Source: a bacterium
Lineage (GTDB): Bacteria > Vulcanimicrobiota > JABDET01
Direction: 5' to 3'
NCBI GenBank assembly: GCA_021817145.1
Contig: JAKAVV010000007.1
Coordinates: forward strand, 66,957-130,956
DNA length: 64,000 bases
The position numbers and the translations under genes are program-made. Each line of letters opens with the position of its first letter. Position 1 is the stretch's first letter. A model generated the notes under the pieces. It was not told the DNA's origin and searched no databases. It worked only from the letters and a program-made list of their open reading frames with translations. Below are positions 11,308 to 19,623 of this stretch, piece by piece.

Positions 11308-11715
11308 TTACTCATAAATAAATTCAATCGGAATCCTCACTTCAGGATGAAGGCTTTTATGAACAGGGCAGGTTTCAGCAACCCTTTCCAAAGTCTTTCT
11401 CATTTCACTTGAAACTTTCCCCGCAGGCATCCTCACTCTTGTTTTTAAGCTCCCAATGCGGCGAAGCGGTTCAGAAACCATTTCTTTGTGAACCTCTACT
11501 TCTGAACCACTCAAATCAATTCCATGGCGATCAGCGAACATTCCCATTGTTGTCAGGATACAGGAAGCAAGAGCAGCTGCCACTAAATCAGTTGGGCTGA
11601 AAGCAGAAGCATCCCCACCAATATCCTTTGGCGCATCTGTTCGAAGACTAACCCCTTCCTGGTGAACAGCCGTGCATTTTTTGCATCCATCATAAACAAC
11701 TTTTATCTTAACCAT
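11308..11715 (-). CDS. OsmC/Ohr-family peroxiredoxin-like protein
   Basis: The ORF is 135 aa with conserved Cys pairs (ASCILTT ... AETCPV) typical of OsmC. Confidence 0.7.
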   Translation of the reverse strand: MVKIKVVYDGCKKCTAVHQEGVSLRTDAPKDIGGDASAFSPTDLVAAALASCILTTMGMFADRHGIDLSGSEVEVHKEMVSEPLRRIGSLKTRVRMPAGKVSSEMRKTLERVAETCPVHKSLHPEVRIPIEFIYE

Positions 11716-12155
11716 TATGGCAGATCTTCTCCTGTGGCAGTAAGAGTAATTCCTCCATGTTTTACCCCTTTGACAGATCGGAGGGCATGATACAAAGCGC
11801 GTATTTGTTTGGGTTTCCCCTTTGCGGCAAGAAGCTCCAAGCAGTGGCTGTTCTCAAGATGGATGTGTTGAGCTGAGAGGACATAGCGGGAATATTCGTG
11901 CTGAATTTCGGTCAGTTTATTTACCAGTTCTCTTTGACTGTGGTCATAAAGGAGAGAGATCGTTCCTAGACTTTCTTTTTCTTCCTCCAACTCCTGTTTG
12001 ATCAGTTTTTCTCGAATTAGATCCCGAATTGCTTCTGAGCGGTTTGTGTATTTCTGCGCGCAGATTTCTTCATCAAACCGTTCTAAAAGATCCGATTCAA
12101 GAGAAACGCCAAATCTTACCACCTGTTTCATTTGATGGAGTATTCGGCGCAGCAT
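11715..12155 (-). CDS. nikR: Nickel-responsive transcriptional regulator NikR
   Basis: An N-terminal ribbon-helix-helix carries NRSEAIRDLIRE. The C-terminal region has the His/Cys nickel site (HIHLENSHC...H). The ORF is 146 aa. Confidence 0.85.
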   Translation of the reverse strand: MLRRILHQMKQVVRFGVSLESDLLERFDEEICAQKYTNRSEAIRDLIREKLIKQELEEEKESLGTISLLYDHSQRELVNKLTEIQHEYSRYVLSAQHIHLENSHCLELLAAKGKPKQIRALYHALRSVKGVKHGGITLTATGEDLP

Positions 12156-12175
12156 TAAAAAATCATGTTTTTCGT

Positions 12176-15124
12176 TTAAAATTTAAAGGTGGTTGTCATA
12201 AAGAATTCTCGGATCGGTTCTAATGCAATAGGGGGATACTTTCCTTTTACAGGGGAGTAATCCTGAGAAAAGGGGTATCCAAAAGAGCCCATAAATGTGG
12301 GGAAATAAGGGGTAGAATTGTAAGCCAGAATCTGACCATTATTAAACAAGTTGAACACTGAAAAAGTGGTGGAAAACCATCTGCTGGCATGATAAGTGAT
12401 CGCAAGATTCGCTAAAAACACAGAGGGGCCAGTTAAACTGTTCGGCAGAGTCTCACCAAGAGGATTGAAATCCCCATTTGCAGGCAGATCTTCTGCGCAG
12501 GCGGCAGGAGTTAGATAAGGATCATTGGGATTTGGAAGAGATCCGCACGCTGCTGCCATATTGACATAAAAACTCTTCAGCTGAGCGCTTCCCATGCCAT
12601 AAGGCTGCCCACTGGTAAACGTAAAATTCGGAGCAATTTCCCATTTTTTATTCGGTTTATAATCTAAGAGCAGATTAACCGTGTGTTTAATATTCCAGTC
12701 AGCTGGAATGGATTGGGTATTTGCCTGCTCGTAAAGAGAAGCCGCGTTTGGCAGAAGATTGGGCTGAAAAATTCCCGCTCCAGTCACTGTGCTGGTTGAA
12801 TTGTATTCTGGAAGAAAAGGGAAAATATATTCTGGATTTCCAACAATTGTGGAATTGTTGTAGGTGTAATTCAAGGTGCTGCTCAGATGATGCCAGTTTT
12901 GAGTATGGAGCTGAAATTCCACTCCTTCTGCCGTCAAAGAGGCTACATTAAAAGCCCCTCCTGCTTCTGCAATAGGAATATAAGTATAAATAATTGGATT
13001 TTTGACTGTCTTTAAATAGGGAGTGATCTTGAGATAGGTCTTTGAATTAGGAAAATATTCCATTGAAAATTCATAATTATCCCCAGATTCAGGAAGATTT
13101 CCGGCTGTTGTGTAACCTACATTTCCAATGACCTTGCAGGGTATGCCGTAAAGGGCTCCTGTTCTTGCTGCACAGAGGTTTGACACGCCAAACACTTCTG
13201 TATCACTTGTGAAGGTATTGAACTTCCCATACCCTGCTTTTAGGGCAAAGGAATGGGTTAACTGATAAGAAATTGAGATTCTCGGCTGAAAAAAAGAAGG
13301 GGATAAGATTCCTGAGTTAACACAAATATTAAACTGAGGTGTGCAGTGAGTAAACAATCCTTCTGGATCAGCAGGGTTATTGATCTGTAAATCAGGGGAG
13401 AATCCGGTGAATCCTTCAACAGCATAAGGAAGCCCATTGGGTTGGGTTATCATTCCTGGAAGATAAGGGGCTTGATAAATCATTTTGTCCCATCGGATTC
13501 CTGCATTCATGTCTAAGTCTGGAAGAGGGGTCCATTCATCATTCACCCAGAGAGATGGATTTTGATTATTTGCCCCTCCAAAATCCGGGTTTCCTGTTAA
13601 TGCCCCTAAGGGGTTTGGGTAAAGATTTGTCATCTCTTGAGTATCGTTGGTATAAATATACTCCCCTCCTAAAGTGATTTTGTTTTCTTTATTGATCTGG
13701 TCTTTGTATTCAAGTCTTACCCCTTTTTGGCGGGCAAGATCATATTGGGAGAAAAAACCATCTGCAGGGGTAGCGGAGTAAAAATCAGGGTTGCTGTCAT
13801 AGAGCCAGAATCGCAAACTTAAACTGCTGATTGGAGAAAAGTAGTGGTGATAGCGGAGACTTTCCAGATTGTAAAATTGATAATTAAAAGGAGGAACAGG
13901 GGAGAATTCTGCTTGAGTTCCACTAGGAGAATAGTAGGTGAATTCAGCAGATTCGAAATCAAATCCGTCTGCTAACAGGAGGGTGAGGATATTTTTCTCA
14001 TCCAAATTATAGGTTAGATTTAAGATTCCATCTCTTGCAACTTTTCGATAGATTTGCCCTCCAATGCCGGAGTAAGTCATAACCTCTTCTCCTGCTGAAT
14101 TTAAATATCCAGACATCCCTTCATTTTCAGAGATGGTGTTGAAAAAATAATGAAATCTCCCTGACTGCCCTTCTAATCTTAAGTCCCAGTTGTCGGGATT
14201 GGATGGACGAATTCCGCTGTATCCAATCCTACTCCCTATCTCTCCAGTGGCAGGGTCTGCTGAAAAAAGAGGGGAATTTTCCCCTTGATCCAGCCAAAAG
14301 CCGTAAGAAAACTGCAGTGAGCCATGCAGCCGCCCAAATCCTTCCGGTACAATCGTGTTTTCATACCCATCTATTCCACTTCCATATTGAACAGGATACA
14401 CTCCTGGGAAAAACTGGAGCGTCTCCATGCCTGTTGTCAATCCAAGATTTCCCGAATCCTCAAAAAGAGTGTAATTTGTGAGAGGAATTCCATCTAAAGC
14501 ATAAACTGTCCCAAATCCGCTTCCACCCCTGATATGAGGCCCTCCAGGCATGCTGAGAGCATAACCTCCACTTGCAGCATAGGTTTGAACCCCAGGAAGC
14601 TCTTCCATAATAGAGGTTGTGTTCAGAGAAGCTGGACCAGGCAGAAAGGCTTTCAGTTCTCTTTCTCCCATGGTGTAAGAGGTCATGGTTTGTCTTAAAT
14701 GGATAGTTTGATTTCTGGCACTGATGACTGTTAACCCTTTAACTGTATAGATGATTGGAAGAATACGAAGAACTTGATAAAAAGTTGTTCCTTTTTCCAA
14801 AGGAACTTTTGAGATAACCTTTGTTTTATATCCAACTCTTTGAATTTTAAGTGTGTAGTCCCCTGGAATTAAATGAATAAATGTAAAATACCCGTCTGCT
14901 CTACTTAATGTAATCCAGGTCTGCTTCTTTTTTATGACTGTAATGACTGCTCTTGAAACCGGTTTGCCTGTTCTTTTATTCACTACCCTGCCTGTTAGTA
15001 TTCCACCGCTCTGTTTCCCAAAGGCTGTTAGGGAGGTGGTGAAAAAATAAAGAATAAGGATGAAATATGATATTTTCCTCTGAAGCGGTTTCCTGCATAA
15101 TTGTGTTATTATTTTAATTTCCAT
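12176..15124 (-). CDS. TonB-dependent outer-membrane receptor with an N-terminal carboxypeptidase-regulatory-like domain
   Basis: The protein has a signal peptide, a CarbopepD_reg-like LTGRVVNKRTGKPVSRAVITV segment, and a long β-barrel region ending in an aromatic residue (...TTFKF). The ORF is 982 aa. Confidence 0.7.
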   Translation of the reverse strand: MEIKIITQLCRKPLQRKISYFILILYFFTTSLTAFGKQSGGILTGRVVNKRTGKPVSRAVITVIKKKQTWITLSRADGYFTFIHLIPGDYTLKIQRVGYKTKVISKVPLEKGTTFYQVLRILPIIYTVKGLTVISARNQTIHLRQTMTSYTMGERELKAFLPGPASLNTTSIMEELPGVQTYAASGGYALSMPGGPHIRGGSGFGTVYALDGIPLTNYTLFEDSGNLGLTTGMETLQFFPGVYPVQYGSGIDGYENTIVPEGFGRLHGSLQFSYGFWLDQGENSPLFSADPATGEIGSRIGYSGIRPSNPDNWDLRLEGQSGRFHYFFNTISENEGMSGYLNSAGEEVMTYSGIGGQIYRKVARDGILNLTYNLDEKNILTLLLADGFDFESAEFTYYSPSGTQAEFSPVPPFNYQFYNLESLRYHHYFSPISSLSLRFWLYDSNPDFYSATPADGFFSQYDLARQKGVRLEYKDQINKENKITLGGEYIYTNDTQEMTNLYPNPLGALTGNPDFGGANNQNPSLWVNDEWTPLPDLDMNAGIRWDKMIYQAPYLPGMITQPNGLPYAVEGFTGFSPDLQINNPADPEGLFTHCTPQFNICVNSGILSPSFFQPRISISYQLTHSFALKAGYGKFNTFTSDTEVFGVSNLCAARTGALYGIPCKVIGNVGYTTAGNLPESGDNYEFSMEYFPNSKTYLKITPYLKTVKNPIIYTYIPIAEAGGAFNVASLTAEGVEFQLHTQNWHHLSSTLNYTYNNSTIVGNPEYIFPFLPEYNSTSTVTGAGIFQPNLLPNAASLYEQANTQSIPADWNIKHTVNLLLDYKPNKKWEIAPNFTFTSGQPYGMGSAQLKSFYVNMAAACGSLPNPNDPYLTPAACAEDLPANGDFNPLGETLPNSLTGPSVFLANLAITYHASRWFSTTFSVFNLFNNGQILAYNSTPYFPTFMGSFGYPFSQDYSPVKGKYPPIALEPIREFFMTTTFKF

Positions 15125-15370
15125 GCTACCAAACTGGCTCCTTTATAAAAAAGCAGCTCCTCCTTCTATATGAGGGTGTAATATTATTATACAGAGTTTA
15201 CTATCAATTTTTAAAAGATATAGTCATTAATGAATCAGTAAAAGAGATGCTCCCTTCTCGTATACTCCATACAATGAAGAAAATTGTGTTATTTTTTTTA
15301 ATTTAGTGCTATTATAGCATGACAGGATCGATCTGTCAAGAGCCCGAATTGAAGCAGCTGACTGTTTAGA

Positions 15371-15496
15371 GTTTTCGAATATCCAACCCATTTCTTCCTA
15401 GATCCGCAGCAGCTTTTAAAGTGGTTCCAGTCCCAAGAAAAGGATCAAGAACAGTTTCATTTTTATAAGTAAAAGCTTTAATGATTCGATCAGAAG
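15371..15496 (-). pseudogene. Remnant of a β-class DNA methyltransferase, comprising only the motif I / C-terminal region
   Basis: About 125 bp are roughly 88% identical to 16121..16243 of the intact methyltransferase gene. It encodes ...LDPFLGTGTTLKAAADLGRK... on the minus strand. No upstream catalytic SPPY region is present. Confidence 0.5.
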
Positions 15497-15598
15497 GAGA
15501 ATATTTTCAATGATCGCAGGGGGTAAAATTTGATGATCGTCTGCATTCCATGGCAGAATGAAAAGGTAATTTAACGAGTTTCATATAACTTTTCAAAC

Positions 15599-15817
15599 AT
15601 GGTAAACACCATGAGGCAAGTAATTATTTATTCGGGGGAAGATGGTTATTGGATTGCCGAATGTCCTTCTCTTCCTGGCTGTATTAGCCAAGGATACACT
15701 AAAGAAGAAGCTATTGCCAACATAAAAGAAGCTATTCATGGTTATGTGGCAGCCTTGCAGCAGGACAAACTTCCTGTTCCCGAAGAGAAGTTTGAAGCAA
15801 TGCTTTTTGTGGTATGA
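15599..15817 (+). CDS. HicB-like (UPF0150) antitoxin, orphan
   Basis: The 72-aa product (MRQVIIYSGEDGYWIAECPSLPGCISQGYTKEEAIANIKEAIHGY) is paralogous to the hicB at 17371..17592. No hicA lies adjacent. Confidence 0.6.
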   Translation: MVNTMRQVIIYSGEDGYWIAECPSLPGCISQGYTKEEAIANIKEAIHGYVAALQQDKLPVPEEKFEAMLFVV

Positions 15818-16056
15818 GCAAGCTTCCACTCGTGGAATTATTCGATTGGCTGGTTTGACTGTGGAAGAGTTTGTGAATCTTCTTTGATTCGTTATTTTTT
15901 TACTTTCCTACCTTAAAAGTATCACTTTTCATCGTCGCTGTCAAGTTTTTGCGTGCTGCCGCTAGCTGAGCCTGGCACTAAGTTTTTTTTGGCATATTGA
16001 AATTCTACATATTTGGTTTCTCTAAGAGATTGTTTTTGTGTCTCGTGTTATAAAAT

Positions 16057-17124
16057 TTAAACGAATTTACTGTGGTGGTTTTTCAATCTTTTTACTGCCA
16101 GTTCCACAATTTCAGGAACGATTTCGTATCCTACCCCATTTCTTCCCAGATCCGCAGCAGCTTTTAAAGTGGTTCCACTCCCAAGAAAAGGATCAAGAAC
16201 ACTTTCACTTTTATAAGTAAAAGCTTTAATGAGTCGATAAGGCAGTTCATAAGGAAATGGTGCTGCATGGGAGCGGTGGTCTCCGCTTTTCTCGGGATTC
16301 ATTATCCAGACATCTGAGTTTTTGATCTTCAGCCAAAAATCCTTATCCAATTTTGAAGCCTCTTTCTGCTCTTTTGTTAAATGCCCATATTTATCGAACC
16401 CTTTTTTTTCGGGTTTATTAAACTCTAAAATAAATTCGTGCATGTTGTTGATTAAAATGCCGCCTGGGAAGGGATAGGTTCCAAAATGAGCTCTTACTCC
16501 ATTGGTTTTATGCCACACAATATCCCTTTTAAAAATAAATCCAATCTTTTCCATCAGATCAATGGTTCTACCTGCCAAATTTAAAGATTTAAACCCTTCT
16601 TTATTTCGCACAGGCAAATTCATGATATTAACAAAAGCCTTTCTCCCTGGCTGCAAAACCCTAAAGACCTCTTTCCACACCATTCCAATGGCTTCGAACC
16701 ATTCATCCAGTCCATGGATATCCCCAAGGTTATTTTCTATCGGATCTTTCGTGTACATTTTTGCGTTAAAATAAGGGGGTGAAGTGACCATTAAATGAAC
16801 AGAATCATCCTCTAATTCTTTCATGTTCATGGCATTGGCAGTATAAATTTTCTGTGTCGTATCATTGATCTTGAGAATGTTCTCCGCAGGAACTTCTTTT
16901 TTTGTTTCTTTATTTAACTTTGGCAGACTTTTTTCATGCTCGATCAGATCCTGCAGATCAAATCTCTTCTGCCCGCTGGCAGCTGTCAGGTATCGAATTT
17001 TTTCAGCTTTAGCCAGCCTATGCAAAATTTCAACGGAAATTCCAAGCCATTTCGCAGCTTCAATAGAAGATAAGTATTTTCTCTCTTCGTAATCCTTATA
17101 GCCATTCTTTACAGAAGCCTTCAC
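16057..17124 (-). CDS. DNA methyltransferase, β-class (N4-cytosine or N6-adenine) with an N-terminal HTH domain
   Basis: SPPY motif IV (MVTSPPYFN) precedes motif I (LDPFLGSGTT), which is the β-class order. An N-terminal HTH is present (LSSIEAAKWLGISVEILHRLAKAEKI). Confidence 0.85.
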   Translation of the reverse strand: MKASVKNGYKDYEERKYLSSIEAAKWLGISVEILHRLAKAEKIRYLTAASGQKRFDLQDLIEHEKSLPKLNKETKKEVPAENILKINDTTQKIYTANAMNMKELEDDSVHLMVTSPPYFNAKMYTKDPIENNLGDIHGLDEWFEAIGMVWKEVFRVLQPGRKAFVNIMNLPVRNKEGFKSLNLAGRTIDLMEKIGFIFKRDIVWHKTNGVRAHFGTYPFPGGILINNMHEFILEFNKPEKKGFDKYGHLTKEQKEASKLDKDFWLKIKNSDVWIMNPEKSGDHRSHAAPFPYELPYRLIKAFTYKSESVLDPFLGSGTTLKAAADLGRNGVGYEIVPEIVELAVKRLKNHHSKFV

Positions 17125-17281
17125 AGAAGCTGCTCCTCTTTGTTCTTAATGATACAACCGTTCTTTGCTTTGATAAATGGATCCTTCACTAAAACGTTTT
17201 CTTTCTTTAAGAAAAAAGCGCTGCAATTTGTATCCCCAACAAAACACTATTTCTTTTAGAAGCAGAAAATAGGAATGTTAG

Positions 17282-17348
17282 AGCAATCTCAAAAAAGTAA
17301 AAAAAAGCTTCTTTTTTCACGATAAAAGAAGTTCCAGATCCTGAACAG
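17282..17348. repeat. Direct repeat copy 1 (about 67 bp, containing the terminator hairpin)
   Basis: agcaatctcaaaaaagtaaaaaaaagcttcttttttcacgataaaagaagttccagatcctgaacag matches 19557..19623 with 3 mismatches. Confidence 0.8.
17298..17333 (-). terminator. Rho-independent terminator (hairpin plus U-run on the minus strand) downstream of hicB
   Basis: The stem agcttctttt/aaaagaagtt at 17306..17333 closes an 8-nt loop. On the plus strand an A7 run precedes it (17299..17305), which reads as a U-run after the hairpin on the minus strand. Confidence 0.5.
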
Positions 17349-17370
17349 CAGCAGTCATCGGGGTTAGTCC

Positions 17371-17592
17371 TTAAGCAGAGGTTTGGTAAATAAGAGGCTT
17401 ATATCTGGGGCGGGGTATTGGTTTTCCTTCTGCCTTTGCTGCTTCCAGCCAGGCTTCTTTGGCAACCTTTAACTGGGAAAGGGCTTCTTCAGGTGTTTTT
17501 CCAAAAGCTGAGCAAGCGGTTAGATCCGGAATATCAGCAATATACCCTTCATCTTTTTCACTGTAAAAAATGTTAATATGATAATCTCTCAT
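17371..17592 (-). CDS. hicB: HicB-family antitoxin
   Basis: The 73-aa product has the UPF0150 fold signature (YSEKDEGYIADIPDLTACSAFGKTPEEAL). It overlaps hicA by 4 bp. Confidence 0.7.
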   Translation of the reverse strand: MRDYHINIFYSEKDEGYIADIPDLTACSAFGKTPEEALSQLKVAKEAWLEAAKAEGKPIPRPRYKPLIYQTSA

Positions 17593-17843
17593 GACTGTTC
17601 CTCCAGCTTAAGATTATATTTTTCCAGCAGATGCAAAAATTGGCGAACTTGATATGGCTTGGCTTTACCATTTACTTCTTGCAAATTTATCAGTTCTTGA
17701 ACCTCGGGGTGGACAAAAATATGATGGCTCCCATTCACTCTTGAAAGATGAAATCCAAACGCTTGAACTAACACAATCATTTCCTCGAATCTTATATTTT
17801 TTGAACTAGAAAAAGCTTTCCTCAGCAATTTTCGCTTGTTCAT
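17589..17843 (-). CDS. hicA: HicA-family mRNA interferase toxin
   Basis: The 84-aa product is YcfA/HicA-like (LVQAFGFHLSRVNGSHHIFVHP). It lies immediately upstream of and overlaps hicB. Confidence 0.7.
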   Translation of the reverse strand: MNKRKLLRKAFSSSKNIRFEEMIVLVQAFGFHLSRVNGSHHIFVHPEVQELINLQEVNGKAKPYQVRQFLHLLEKYNLKLEEQS

Positions 17844-18322
17844 GCGCTGAGTGATAATTGATACAACATTTTCATAAATATATCATTCCAGAATTTAGAA
17901 GATTTTACCTGTGTGTTTTCTAAAAGGATGTGAAAAATCACAAAAATCTCATTCCAGCAAACACATTCTCAATCGGATTCGTGGTCTTCAAATGCTTCCA
18001 ATTGTAATTGACAAAAAGAAATAAATGGCAAGTATTGAGCTCAAAAAAGCATTCGAGAAAGGGGTTGGAACAATAAGGTCTAGCATAATCGCATTTTTCA
18101 ATTGTCCTATCCCAGCATAACAGGATTCACCAGGGTGGCAGAACAAATTTCCACACCTCTTGACAAGAACTCCGGGGGCATTGAAGAACGGTGTTTCCCT
18201 TTATCGGCTTTCGTCATTCCCTATGCTCCTGATCAGCGGCTTGATTGAGGTTCACTGATTTGCTTTGGGTTCGAGATTGAAGCGGGAATTACCTAATGCT
18301 TGGCTTTAAATAATGCCCTGCT

Positions 18323-19351
18323 TTGCTGGAGGAATCCATCATGCACACCAATAATTCCATACTCATGCCGCTCACAAACCGTTTAAAAGACGAGTCCAGC
18401 AGAGAATTTCGCTTTCTGGAGAATAAATTTCCAATCGTCAAACTGCTAACAGAAAAAACTCATCCTCTATCAGCGCTTAAAAGCTTCCATTTTATGAATT
18501 TATCCCGAGAAACTGTTCTCCCCTCAGAAGTCCCTTCTTCACAAAGAAGAGTTGTTGGAACAGCGATTGATTACCGAATTCGATATTATTTCGATATAAC
18601 GTCGTCCACAGAATTGGCTGCATATAGGGGGGCAAGAGTGGCAAATAAACTTTATTACCATCCTATGACTGGCGAATGTATCAGTCCTATTTTCCCTGCT
18701 GACTTTACTGCTAACTTCTTTAAGAATCTAGAGAATACCCTGAAAAGAATAAAGCCCGTTAATCGCTTGCTGGATCAAATAAGTGAAGAATTATTAGCTA
18801 GATACTGCGTTATTTTAGCCTACTTTGAAGCTTTATTTCGAGCTGGAAGATCCATCAATTCTCCTTTACGCACTCTTTCCCAGAAAGCAACGCTGCAAGA
18901 TCTCCTTAATTTGCCAGAACCATCATTCATAAAAGATGTCATGGATTTATCCAAGTCTTTTTATGAAGACGCCAAATCCTTATTTGATAAGCCTTGCAAA
19001 CTGAATCCAACTTTTGACGGAACCAATGACATAGGAGGGGCAGATGCTGATTTCATTCTAGAAGATACTCTTTATGAAATTAAGACTGTTTCAGATCTTA
19101 AGCCCAGCTGTTTTCGGGAAGCCATTTACCAATTGCTGGGTTATGTGCTGCTAGATTATTCGGATTCTCACCATATTCGAAAAATCGGCATTTATTTTAC
19201 AAGACAGCGTCAATTCTGGTCAATCCCCTTATATTTGTTCTTAATTCCGCATGCCAGCCTAAGTCAATCTTCTTCGTGGAAACCCGAATCAGAAAAAGAA
19301 ATAAAGAAACAGCTCAGCTTCTTGAGAAGAGAGTTCAAACAATTGCTTTAA
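18323..19351 (+). CDS. Hypothetical protein with a candidate PD-(D/E)xK nuclease motif
   Basis: The ORF is 342 aa. The segment GGADADFILEDTLYEIKTV fits D...E-x-K of the restriction-endonuclease fold. No other motif was recognised. Confidence 0.4.
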   Translation: MLEESIMHTNNSILMPLTNRLKDESSREFRFLENKFPIVKLLTEKTHPLSALKSFHFMNLSRETVLPSEVPSSQRRVVGTAIDYRIRYYFDITSSTELAAYRGARVANKLYYHPMTGECISPIFPADFTANFFKNLENTLKRIKPVNRLLDQISEELLARYCVILAYFEALFRAGRSINSPLRTLSQKATLQDLLNLPEPSFIKDVMDLSKSFYEDAKSLFDKPCKLNPTFDGTNDIGGADADFILEDTLYEIKTVSDLKPSCFREAIYQLLGYVLLDYSDSHHIRKIGIYFTRQRQFWSIPLYLFLIPHASLSQSSSWKPESEKEIKKQLSFLRREFKQLL

Positions 19352-19556
19352 AAATCAAAGCTAAATTGTTTGACCAAAGAAGCATTTTCAGAATATCGTA
19401 TGCGGAGAGAATTAAAAATGCGCGCACTGCCAAGCTCTTTGCAGAAATGTTAGATCCAAACCCAAAAATTTGATGAATCTGCAAACTCGTTTTGATTTAA
19501 AAGCTGCGCAGCGAGAACTCGGGGATTTTATTCGCGAAGATATACGACCCCTACAG

Positions 19557-19623
19557 AGCAATCTCAAAAAAGTAAAAAAAAGCTTCTTTTTTCACGATAA
19601 AAGAAGCTCCAGATCGTGAACAG
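19557..19623. repeat. Direct repeat copy 2 (about 67 bp, containing the terminator hairpin); overlaps the 3' end of the SNF2 helicase gene
   Basis: The sequence is near-identical to 17282..17348. The stop codon of the 19592..22873 CDS lies in the hairpin loop. Confidence 0.8.
19573..19608 (-). terminator. Rho-independent terminator for the SNF2 helicase gene
   Basis: The hairpin agcttctttt / aaaagaagct at 19581..19608 is perfect. A plus-strand A-run precedes it at 19574..19580. Confidence 0.5.

Noticed and set aside
15497-15598. Small hicA-like frames upstream of the orphan hicB-like gene were examined (M-I-A-G-G-K-I*, M-I-V-C-I-P-W-Q-N-E-K-V-I*).
   Set aside because: They are too short and have no resemblance to the HicA at 17589..17843 or to the YcfA core (no conserved His/Gly region).
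15816-15990. A possible +1-frame RHH extension of the hicB-like ORF (…GLTVEEFVNLL*) and a T8-preceded hairpin terminator near 15953..15990 were considered.
   Set aside because: The paralogous hicB at 17371..17592 is also about 73 aa with no DNA-binding tail, so the short form is probably complete. The putative hairpin has only about 5 bp of stem, which is too weak to call.
18255-18290. A tRNA-like T-loop sequence (gggttcgagattg) in the 480-bp hicA / 18323-ORF intergenic region was considered.
   Set aside because: No acceptor stem or anticodon-arm pairing could be built around it. An isolated GGTTCGA is common by chance.
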